DNA of 32,000 nucleotides, taken from positions 49,104 through 81,103 of the forward strand of contig NZ_JAMBOE010000002.1 in assembly GCF_023715465.1 (NCBI RefSeq), given 5' to 3'. Each line of letters starts with the position of its first letter. Position 1 is the first letter of the stretch. The notes under the pieces are model-generated. The model worked only from the letters and a program-made list of their open reading frames with translations, did no database searches and was not told the origin of the DNA. Below are positions 22,627 through 32,000 of this stretch, one piece after another. Both the position numbers and the translations under genes were made by a program. This DNA is from Paenibacillus macerans (GTDB taxonomy: Bacteria > Bacillota > Bacilli > Paenibacillales > Paenibacillaceae).

Positions 22627-22736
22627 ATTCAAAACCTTCCTTTTTTTAAAATTTATCAAATGAGTTGTCTTTTCACTTGATGGGTTTATAATAACCATAA
22701 ATCATGTCAAAAAATGATACTGTTTAGGGGAGCACG

Positions 22737-23699
22737 ATGAAAAAAGTTGAACGGATTAATACCATCATGCGATATATCAACAACCGCGCCCACTTTACCA
22801 TTTCTGAAATCATGCAAGAATTCAACATCTCTCGGTCGACAGCGATTCGCGATATCCGAGAAATTGAAGCCATGGGGATCCCGCTAGTCGCTGAAGTTGG
22901 AAGGGATGGAGGTTATTTTGTCATGAATAACTCTGTCCTGCCCACGGTCCGCTTTACCAATAATGAAATTAAAGCTTTGTTTATTGCCTTTATGGCCACA
23001 AGAAATCTACAACTTCCTTATCTGAAGAGTCGTCAGTCTTTAGCCGAAAAATTACTTGGCCTGATCTCGGAAAACCAGCAGGATGACCTGGTTCTTTTAA
23101 ATGAAATATTGCTGTTTGAAGGGACCAACCCCAATAATCCCGATCTGCTTGATCTATCAGACCTGCCCCATCCTATGTTGGAAAAGCTCATCCAAATCCT
23201 GCTGTTGGACAGCTATTTATTGGTTTCCATCGAAGAAGGGAAGGAAATAAAGTCGTATCCCATTTATCTCTTGCACCTTTATCGTGAAAAAAGCTTATGG
23301 TTAATTGAAGGCTTTGACTTAGAGCAAGAAAAAAGGCGGATTGTTCCTGTCGACAATCTCACCGATGTAAAACCCTACCCCGCAAAAAAAAGAGCAAGTA
23401 AGAAAAAGATTTTAGAACAGCTAAGCAAGCAGGACGAAGTTATCAACCTTGTCCTTGAACTTGGTCCAAAGGCAATTGCCCAATTCAAGAAATACCATCC
23501 TTTAAAAGTTTCACTTTCCTATACAAACCCTTACCAAACTACAGCCATTCTAAAGGCTTTTATCAATGTTCATCATTCGGAAGAATTAGCCGAAATCATA
23601 AATTGGCTGCTGTTCCTGGGCGAGGATATCAAGGTCAGGAAGTTGCCGGAAGAAGTTTTGGAAGGGTTACATGAGAGATTAAACTTATACTGCCCCTAG
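22737..23699 (+). CDS. YafY/DeoR-type HTH plus WYL-domain transcriptional regulator (YobV-like)
   Basis: 320 aa. The N-terminal HTH_11 is RINTIMRYINNRAHFTISEIMQEFNISRSTAIRDIREIEAMGIPL. A WYL-like core is YPIYLLHLYREKSLWLIEGFDLEQEKRRIVPVDNL. Confidence 0.8.
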   Translation: MKKVERINTIMRYINNRAHFTISEIMQEFNISRSTAIRDIREIEAMGIPLVAEVGRDGGYFVMNNSVLPTVRFTNNEIKALFIAFMATRNLQLPYLKSRQSLAEKLLGLISENQQDDLVLLNEILLFEGTNPNNPDLLDLSDLPHPMLEKLIQILLLDSYLLVSIEEGKEIKSYPIYLLHLYREKSLWLIEGFDLEQEKRRIVPVDNLTDVKPYPAKKRASKKKILEQLSKQDEVINLVLELGPKAIAQFKKYHPLKVSLSYTNPYQTTAILKAFINVHHSEELAEIINWLLFLGEDIKVRKLPEEVLEGLHERLNLYCP

Positions 23700-24011
23700 G
23701 CAATGCCGGCCAGGCACCAATCAATATCAAATCAACAACTCCAATTGCAAGTTCTTGTCCGCCGACAATTCCCCCTCGGCGCACGATTATTCATATGCTA
23801 CTATCCGTGCAACTCCTTAAAGGGTTCGTGCCTTGGTTTCCCTCATGCTACCTTTACACGATTATCCCTCTCGTTCAGGGGCGCCAGGGGACCGGAGTGA
23901 GGCGAGCTCTTCTCCATTTCTCGGCTATCTGATCAAAGGGGATAATCATGCAAAGCGTCCGGGTAGCGTGTATTGATCTTCGAAAGAATACAGACCTCAT
24001 TTAGAGCTAGT

Positions 24012-26648
<2,637 letters not shown>

Positions 26649-26697
26649 CTAACCATTAAATTGAGAAAAAACATTTGACAAGAGTTTACTGGCATGG

Positions 26698-26712
26698 TAC
26701 ACTTAAAGTGTA
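26698..26712. promoter_or_regulatory. Perfect 7-1-7 palindrome in the rph leader
   Basis: TACACTT-A-AAGTGTA lies about 40-55 nt downstream of the predicted rph TSS and 62 nt upstream of the ATG. Confidence 0.4.
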
Positions 26713-26757
26713 AGATGAGATAATTGCGATCATACCCATTGACGCAGTCGTGATCTG

Positions 26758-26786
26758 ATTATATCATCGTGTCTGTTCATATGCAA
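26758..26786 (-). promoter_or_regulatory. sigmaA promoter of rph
   Basis: TTGCAT (26786-26781), a 17-nt spacer, then TATAAT (26763-26758). This implies a 5' UTR of about 115 nt. Confidence 0.6.
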
Positions 26787-26791
26787 TATTA

Positions 26792-26820
26792 AAGAACTTG
26801 GCAAAATTGCCCAGGTTCTT
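26792..26820. terminator. Hairpin downstream of the nitroreductase gene; its U-run is better on the plus strand
   Basis: AAGAACTTGGCAA..TTGCCCAGGTTCTT forms about 13 bp with one bulge. On the plus strand it is followed by CTTTGATTTT, and on the minus strand by TAATATT. Confidence 0.5.
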
Positions 26821-26852
26821 CTTTGATTTTCCACTAATTTTACGATAAATGA

Positions 26853-27491
26853 TTACTTCCAAAATGTAATCTTGTCAGAATCTAATCGAACCGACTCATG
26901 CCCCTCTTCTTTGGCTTTTCCGATTGAAATAATCATTACCGGGGCATAACGTTCTTCGTCTAAATCAAATGCTTTAGCTAACTGGTCGGCTTCAAAGCCA
27001 GCCATTGGATTCGTATCATACCCATGTGCACGAGCTACTAACATGAACTGCATGGCAAAAAGGCTGCTATCGATTTTTGCAATTTCAACTTTCAATTCTT
27101 GCGGTAAAGTCGGATACATCGACAGAATGGTTTCGAGTTGACGATCTCGGACTTCAGCTGGCATTTTTCCTTGTTCCACAGCCGTATTGTAAATTTCTTC
27201 AACATATAAATAGCTTTGGGTATCGCCAAAAATTAATAACATGGCTGATGACGTATCATTTTGCAGCGTATTGAAACGCACAAGAGGTCTTAGTTTTTCC
27301 TTTCCTTCCGGAGTATCCACCACAACTACACGCCAAGGCTGCATATTTGCGGAGGATGGAGCCAAACTGGCTTCCGAAATCATTTCGCTCATCTCTTCTT
27401 TCGATATTTTAACGTTCTCATCATACTTGCGGACAGAACGTCGTCCCTTGACTATATTGGCGAAATCGTTATTTAGAATATTGTTGAACAT
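26853..27491 (-). CDS. NAD(P)H nitroreductase family protein
   Basis: I prefer the ATG at 27491 (RBS AAAGGAGAG 7 nt upstream), giving 212 aa. RRSVRKY, SAPSSANMQPWR and the C-terminal IISIGKA are nitroreductase-fold hallmarks. The longer form in the ORF track has no support. Confidence 0.85.
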   Translation of the reverse strand: MFNNILNNDFANIVKGRRSVRKYDENVKISKEEMSEMISEASLAPSSANMQPWRVVVVDTPEGKEKLRPLVRFNTLQNDTSSAMLLIFGDTQSYLYVEEIYNTAVEQGKMPAEVRDRQLETILSMYPTLPQELKVEIAKIDSSLFAMQFMLVARAHGYDTNPMAGFEADQLAKAFDLDEERYAPVMIISIGKAKEEGHESVRLDSDKITFWK

Positions 27492-27522
27492 AGAATCTCT
27501 CCTTTTGATAACGCTGGATTTT

Positions 27523-27551
27523 TTGACATTGTGCATGTCGTTCGTTATCAT
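27523..27551 (+). promoter_or_regulatory. sigmaA promoter of the merR-family gene
   Basis: TTGACA (27523-27528), a 17-nt spacer, then TATCAT (27546-27551). Confidence 0.55.
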
Positions 27552-27557
27552 ATTCGT

Positions 27558-27588
27558 ATTATGAACTATGAACTTAGGTTTATAGCAA
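27558..27588 (-). promoter_or_regulatory. MerR-type promoter of the nitroreductase gene (19-bp spacer with dyad operator)
   Basis: TTGCTA (27588-27583), a 19-nt spacer, then CATAAT (27563-27558). The dyad CTATAAAC-ctaa-GTTCATAG (27585-27566) is centred in the spacer. Confidence 0.65.
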
Positions 27589-27607
27589 GAAATAAAGAGG
27601 TCATCTG

Positions 27608-27967
27608 ATGAAAATAAATGAGCTTTCCAAACAAACTGGCCTGCCCATATCAACATTGAGGTTCTATGAACGCAAAAAGCTAATTCCGGACATATTCGTT
27701 AAAAGAGATGAAAATAATTATCGGATTTATTCTGAGGAGATTGTTGAGTATCTAGATGATGTGAAGGCCCTTTTGTCCGCGGACTTTTCTATAGAAGAAT
27801 TAAGTTTGCTGGTCAATCAACAACTTAACTTATCCTACGACGTAAAGAAGAAAATGGTTGAGCAAAAAATCAAAGAAATTGAAGAGATCGAGGAGCAATT
27901 GAAAAAGTCAAAAAAATTCTTGAGTGCAGTTTTGGAAGGTAAAGTGAATTTTCGAACAAAATGTTAA
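27608..27967 (+). CDS. MerR-family transcriptional regulator
   Basis: 119 aa. The N-terminal HTH is MKINELSKQTGLPISTLRFYERKKLI, followed by a coiled-coil dimerisation helix. Confidence 0.88.
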   Translation: MKINELSKQTGLPISTLRFYERKKLIPDIFVKRDENNYRIYSEEIVEYLDDVKALLSADFSIEELSLLVNQQLNLSYDVKKKMVEQKIKEIEEIEEQLKKSKKFLSAVLEGKVNFRTKC

Positions 27968-27984
27968 GAACAATTAACATACAC

Positions 27985-28021
27985 AAAAAAGGACATTCCG
28001 TTTCCCCTGAAACGGATGTCC
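27985..28021 (-). terminator. Rho-independent terminator after the CAP-domain gene
   Basis: The minus-strand RNA reads GGACAUCCGUUUC-agggg-AAACGGAAUGUCC followed by UUUUUUG. Confidence 0.8.
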
Positions 28022-28064
28022 ACATTGGTGTGTAATATACTAAGCGCATTCCTTATATTCCGGC

Positions 28065-28793
28065 TTACCCCGTGAATTCCTGCACCCACTCGCTATTGTA
28101 GTAAGCAACACCGATTTTGGTATAGGAGCTGTTTAAAATATTGGCTTTATGCCCCGGACTGTTCATCCAATCGTTCATCACTTGAGTAGGGGTGCTTTGC
28201 CCTTTGGCAATATTTTCACCGGCAGAATTGTAGGTAATTCCGAACTCCTTCATCATGTCGAATGGGGACCCGTGTGTTGGGGAATTATGATCGAAGTAGT
28301 TATTGTTATACATGTCTTGTGCCTTGACCATAGCCATATTGGCCAACTCAGGACTCATGGTGAGAGCGCCTAACCCCGCTTTGCTTCTTTCCTTATTGAC
28401 CAAATCCAGCACTTGCTGCGCAAATTTGGAGGAATCCTGAGCTTGTCCTGTAGTGCCTGTATTAGGCGAAGGCGTTGCAGGTGTCGGATTCGTTGGTCTT
28501 GATGGAATTTGATTGGTCGGATTGGCCGGTGCCTGGTTTGCCGGATTTCCGGCAGGTGGAATGAAGTCCCCTATATTGGAAGGGAGACCATCGGGAGTTT
28601 CTTTTATCCTAACCGATCCGTGAGCCCGAGTCGATGTAGCTATTGAAGACGCCTGTGTGATAACAGGAGTTGGTGCAGCCGTATGAGCTTTCATTGAAGT
28701 GGTCTTTCCCACCGCGTTGTTTCCCGCCGCATTGTTGCCGGTTGAACACCCCGATACCAGCAATATTACTGCCAATATAATGTACTTTGCCAT
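28065..28793 (-). CDS. CAP/SCP-domain lipoprotein (YkwD-like) with a Pro/Thr/Asn-rich linker
   Basis: MAKYIILAVILLVSGCST carries a lipobox. The linker is PANQAPANPTNQIPSRPTNPTPATPSPN. The C-terminal CAP domain shows NKERSKAGL..L, YFDHNSP, GENIA and SPGHKANIL. Confidence 0.85.
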   Translation of the reverse strand: MAKYIILAVILLVSGCSTGNNAAGNNAVGKTTSMKAHTAAPTPVITQASSIATSTRAHGSVRIKETPDGLPSNIGDFIPPAGNPANQAPANPTNQIPSRPTNPTPATPSPNTGTTGQAQDSSKFAQQVLDLVNKERSKAGLGALTMSPELANMAMVKAQDMYNNNYFDHNSPTHGSPFDMMKEFGITYNSAGENIAKGQSTPTQVMNDWMNSPGHKANILNSSYTKIGVAYYNSEWVQEFTG

Positions 28794-28872
28794 ATTCCAA
28801 TCTCCTCTGTTCGTTAAAGTAATGAATAACTGAAATTAATTTTTCCTGCGGGGCCTCGATTTATTCTTGCAG

Positions 28873-28909
28873 CAAAAATAGCCTTGGCCGACTTATGGCC
28901 AAGGCTATT
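28873..28909 (-). terminator. Rho-independent terminator after helD
   Basis: The minus-strand RNA reads AAUAGCCUUGGCC-auaaguc-GGCCAAGGCUAUU followed by UUUGCUGC. The stem is 13 bp. Confidence 0.75.
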
Positions 28910-28950
28910 TGCATACGGGCGGATCGAAGGCGATTTGTGACTAGCCATCA

Positions 28951-31395
28951 TTATGTTGCTTTCTCATACAAATTCGCCAGCAATACCTGCACAAACGGCG
29001 ACCAATCGGCCGTCGTGTAAAGCTGAAGCCGGTGCATGGCCCGCGTACATGCGGTATACAGAAGCTTGCGATCGTTATCCTGGCCGTAAGCTTGAGGTGA
29101 AGCCTCATAAATCAGAACGGCATCAAACTCGATACCCTTGGCGAGATATACGGGTATAACCACCGCTCCTTTCTCAAAGGTAACTGTCTCCTTCGTAATG
29201 AGCTGCAATGCTTCGCTTCCTTGCGTCCGTAATGATTCAAAGGCGCTTCGGCTTTCGGCCGCCGTCTTCGTAATGACGGCAATCGAGTCGAAGCCTGCGG
29301 CTTTAAGCGCCGCGATGTCTTGCGACATTTGCGCGTCACGCTCCTCCCCGCCATCCAACCTCACAAGAAGAGGTTTCGGTCCGCTCCTTGCAAAGGGGAC
29401 GATTTCCGACCCATCAGCGAGCAGTTCCTTCGTAAATTCCACAATTTCTCGCGTTGAACGATAGCTGCGCACCAGACGGATCAAACTTGTTTCGGATTCG
29501 CCATAAAGCCGAAACAGCGGCGAATCGGACTCCTGCAGGTTTGTGGACTGCGTAAAGATCGCCTGCCCGAAATCGCCGAGTACCGTCATGCGGGCACGAG
29601 GAAACAGTTTTTTGAGATACTCATATTGAAACAGCGAATAATCCTGCCCCTCATCAACGAAGACATGCCGAATCTCCGTGTTTGTCCGCACACCTTCGAT
29701 CAGTTCTTTTAAATACAAATATGGAGTCGCATCCTCATAAAATAATTCGAGCCGGTCCAGCTTTTCTTTGGTTTGCTTGCAGATTTCAGGCCATAGAACA
29801 GGGATTTCCGCCTCATTCGTCTTCTCCCGGTAAGCAGCTTCATCGCCAAACAATTGGGCGTATAGGCCTTGGACATCGATAAACGATAATTTCCTCACGC
29901 TTTGCCTTAGCGGTTTGAAGCTGATCTTCACGATCCTTTGGCTGAGCAAATCTTCCTCCCGTTCGGCAAAGTCAAAGTCGCCTTCATCTCCCCGGCGCTT
30001 CTTGCTTATTTTCTCGTAAACTACGGCGTAACGCTCGGCAATGTCAAAAACTTCCCTGTCCTTGTGCAGCTCGCCGAAAACTTCCGCGTATTGCTCGCTG
30101 TCGAGATATTGGAGCTCCTCCTGTACCCAGGACGCCCTGCGCTCCTGGCGCTCCAGTTGTGACAGTTCCTTCAGAAGCCATTTCTGCAGGAGTTCGACAC
30201 GATTGGCCAAGCGCAAGGTAGGGTCGTAACTGTAAAATTGCGATCTCATTTGCTCTGCGGTGATCAGATCACGGTCCCGAAACCGAATGCCTTTGAAAAG
30301 CATACCTTCCCGCCCCAGCCACTGCGCATAGTTCTCCAGGGCTCTCAAGAAAGCCTCGGACGCTTTGTACTTTATCCCCTGAAGGCGCGCCTCATTATTG
30401 GCAGTTGATTGTGCGGTCAGCACATATTCGATCTGATCGAAGGGATCTTCCAGACGTAAGGATGAACCAAGCCAATATTCGAGATATTCCTGCAAAGTCG
30501 TCTGCTGCATATTCTCCTCGCCGAGCTCGGGAAGGACGGAGGATACATAACTGTTAAAAATCGGATTCGGCGAGAAAAGAACGATCTGGTCAGCCTTAAG
30601 CGAATCGCGGTTTTTGTACAGCAAATACGCCACACGTTGCAAGGCTGCGGAGGTCTTCCCGCTGCCAGCGGCCCCTTGCACGATAAGCAGCCGGCTATCA
30701 TCGTTTCGGATGATAGCGTTTTGCTCTTTTTGGATGGTGGATACGATACTCTTCATTTGCGAGTCCGCGCCTTTGGCCAACATTTGCTGGAGCAGCTCGT
30801 CGCCGATCGTTACGTTCGCATCAAACATATTCCGGATTTGTCCGTCATGGATCTGATACTGCCGTTTCAGCTCCATCGTACCCGTGATCCGCCCGGCCGG
30901 CGTGACGTAAGAGGCCGCACCGGGGGAATGGTCGTAGTAGAGACTCGCGATAGGAGTGCGCCAATCATACACCAGGAAGCTCAATCCATCTTCGTCGACA
31001 AAGGAAGATACACCGATATAAATCTGCTCGCTCTGGTTCAGGCCTTCCTCCAGAAAATCGACACGTCCGAAATAAGGAGACGGGAACAGCCGTTTTAAGT
31101 TTCTCCATTCTTGCGTTAGAAGCCGGAGGCCACGTTCCCGTTCGGATAACACCGCGGCCTGTTGTTTGATCGTATAAAATGTTTCTTCAAATTCTTCGTC
31201 CGAGCCTGTGTTGACCGTAACTTCTTCCCAGAACCGTCTGCGAATATCACCAGCCTGGTCGTGCAGCCCGGCAACCTTCGGTTCCAGCTCGTCCATTCTC
31301 GCTTTTAGCTTTTCCCTAACCTGATCCAGCCGTTTTTGTTCGGTCCGCCATTCCTTCGCTTCCATGTTCTTCTGAACACACTCCTTTTTAGTCAA
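28951..31395 (-). CDS. helD: HelD (helicase IV-like UvrD/Rep superfamily-1 ATPase, RNA polymerase-associated recycling factor)
   Basis: The N-terminal coiled-coil KEWRTEQKRLDQV...FWEEVTVN and PYFGRVDF...IYIG...YDWRTPIASLYY parallel B. subtilis HelD. Walker A is VQGAAGSGKTS and the DExx-like motif is FVDEGQDY. The start is ambiguous: either the TTG at 31395, which has no RBS, or the ATG at 31365, which sits 15 nt from AAGGAG. Confidence 0.85.
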   Translation of the reverse strand: MTKKECVQKNMEAKEWRTEQKRLDQVREKLKARMDELEPKVAGLHDQAGDIRRRFWEEVTVNTGSDEEFEETFYTIKQQAAVLSERERGLRLLTQEWRNLKRLFPSPYFGRVDFLEEGLNQSEQIYIGVSSFVDEDGLSFLVYDWRTPIASLYYDHSPGAASYVTPAGRITGTMELKRQYQIHDGQIRNMFDANVTIGDELLQQMLAKGADSQMKSIVSTIQKEQNAIIRNDDSRLLIVQGAAGSGKTSAALQRVAYLLYKNRDSLKADQIVLFSPNPIFNSYVSSVLPELGEENMQQTTLQEYLEYWLGSSLRLEDPFDQIEYVLTAQSTANNEARLQGIKYKASEAFLRALENYAQWLGREGMLFKGIRFRDRDLITAEQMRSQFYSYDPTLRLANRVELLQKWLLKELSQLERQERRASWVQEELQYLDSEQYAEVFGELHKDREVFDIAERYAVVYEKISKKRRGDEGDFDFAEREEDLLSQRIVKISFKPLRQSVRKLSFIDVQGLYAQLFGDEAAYREKTNEAEIPVLWPEICKQTKEKLDRLELFYEDATPYLYLKELIEGVRTNTEIRHVFVDEGQDYSLFQYEYLKKLFPRARMTVLGDFGQAIFTQSTNLQESDSPLFRLYGESETSLIRLVRSYRSTREIVEFTKELLADGSEIVPFARSGPKPLLVRLDGGEERDAQMSQDIAALKAAGFDSIAVITKTAAESRSAFESLRTQGSEALQLITKETVTFEKGAVVIPVYLAKGIEFDAVLIYEASPQAYGQDNDRKLLYTACTRAMHRLQLYTTADWSPFVQVLLANLYEKAT

Positions 31396-31504
31396 GTCTG
31401 GATAAAAAAAAGAGCATTGACAAATCAGAGGTCACCGGTGTAAAGTTAAATTAGGAATAGAAATTAAAATATCGGTTTTATCATGATTTTTCAGTGCGCT
31501 AATG

Positions 31505-31533
31505 ATTATAACATAGCGCTTTTTTGCGTTCAA
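31505..31533 (-). promoter_or_regulatory. Strong sigmaA promoter (extended -10) upstream of helD
   Basis: TTGAAC (31533-31528), a 17-nt spacer, then TATAAT (31510-31505), preceded by TGt. The inverted repeat GCGCTA-N12-TAGCGC (31496-31519) brackets the -10 element. Confidence 0.65.
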
Positions 31534-31560
31534 TTATTTTTTTTGTGTCGTACCAATAGG

Positions 31561-31604
31561 CAAAAAGCTTTCCATAACCCCTTTCGGACGATTATAGAAA
31601 GCTT
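31561..31604 (-). terminator. Rho-independent terminator after the AraC-family gene
   Basis: The minus-strand RNA reads AAGCUUUCUAUAA..CC-GAAA-GG..UUAUGGAAAGCUU followed by UUUUGCC. Confidence 0.7.
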
Positions 31605-31663
31605 ATTCTGCTTTGCGGCGTCTATCGCGTTCACTTTAAAATTTTTCAGGAAATTGTATACTA

Positions 31664-32000
31664 TTATTTCCTTCTATAATGCAATGGCGCATGGCCCGTA
31701 ACCGCCTTGAACACTCGGCCGAAATGCGTCACGCTTCCGAAGCCCACCTTCCTCGCGATCAAGTTCACCTTCATGGAAGAGCCTTCAAGCAGCTTCTTGG
31801 CTTCTTTGATCCGTACGCTGTTCACGTACTCTACGAACGCAAAGCCCGTCGCCTCTTTGAAGGATCGGCTCAAATAATACGGACTAATATAAAACTTATC
31901 CGCCAGCAAATGAAGCGACAGTTCCTCCATGTAATGCTCGTTGATATAGCGGACGATCTCCGATATTCGTTCGTGCATCGGACTTGGCGATGCCGGCAGC
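31664..32000 (-). CDS. AraC/XylS-family transcriptional regulator. Only the C-terminal HTH domain is present; the gene continues past the window end.
   Basis: The HTH_18 region is LLADKFYISPYYLSRSFKEATGFAFVEYVNSVRIKEAKKLL...IARKVGFGSVTHFGRVFK. The frame stays open from 31978 to the window end. Confidence 0.85.
   Translation of the reverse strand, partial: LPASPSPMHERISEIVRYINEHYMEELSLHLLADKFYISPYYLSRSFKEATGFAFVEYVNSVRIKEAKKLLEGSSMKVNLIARKVGFGSVTHFGRVFKAVTGHAPLHYRRK

Noticed and set aside
23703-23900. 65-aa plus-strand ORF in the WYL/rph convergent spacer
   Set aside because: It has no RBS and a Cys/Arg/Leu-rich, low-information sequence, and it starts 4 nt after the upstream stop. It is treated as non-coding.
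26853-27656. The long (267-aa) form of the nitroreductase ORF, which overlaps the merR start
   Set aside because: The first 55 codons have no RBS, encode implausible sequence and run through the divergent promoter region. The ATG at 27491 has a good RBS and gives a canonical ~212-aa nitroreductase.
26698-31441. A shared operator (rifamycin-responsive element) upstream of both rph and helD
   Set aside because: The only resemblance is a TACAC/GTG half-site, with different spacing (TACACTTaAAGTGTA versus TACACCGGTGA). That is too weak to claim. It is mentioned in the rph/helD finding as a negative result.
31483-31701. 72-aa plus-strand ORF between helD and the AraC gene
   Set aside because: It has no RBS and a Phe/Cys-rich sequence, and it overlies the helD promoter and the AraC terminator on the other strand.

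Overview
This window looks like a Firmicute, probably Paenibacillus-like, chromosomal accessory region; that assignment is inferred from gene content only. It holds about 30 genes, mostly small regulator-plus-effector modules for iron uptake and drug or xenobiotic response.

Left to right:
- A partial secreted beta-helix glycosidase (-).
- A Fur-box-controlled siderophore ABC uptake set: a binding lipoprotein and two FecCD permeases, with no ATPase. A candidate Fur-repressed ~90-nt sRNA is transcribed divergently from it.
- An intact-looking IS3-family element (orfA/orfB with an A AAA AAG frameshift site) inserted in a repeat-rich spacer.
- A lipoprotein.
- A minus-strand string MarR - PadR - DUF1048 - DrrAB-like ABC exporter, carrying a duplicated ~75-bp upstream element.
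- A MarR-divergent amidohydrolase.
- A complete vanR-vanS-vanH-ligase (VanA/VanF-type D-Ala-D-Lac)-vanX glycopeptide-resistance cluster. It has no vanY/vanZ and no transposon ends, and it is packed tightly against its neighbours.
- A MarR-controlled MFS exporter.
- A T-box-controlled short MetRS paralog with atypical HIGH and KMSKS motifs.
- An MFS gene remnant and a TetR regulator.
- A WYL/YafY regulator divergent from a GyrI-like gene plus an unknown gene.
- An 874-aa rifampin-phosphotransferase-type enzyme.
- A MerR-controlled nitroreductase and a CAP/YkwD lipoprotein.
- A HelD-type RNAP-associated helicase and a partial AraC regulator.

I saw no rRNA, tRNA or CRISPR array.

The observations I rate most worth follow-up:
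- the Fur-box sRNA candidate;
- the terminator-like hairpin between the VanR boxes and vanH;
- the tight junctions of the van cluster;
- the divergent T-box MetRS paralog whose leader abuts an upstream ORF;
- the rph/helD proximity.

All calls rest on reading the sequence and recalling protein families. No database search was run.
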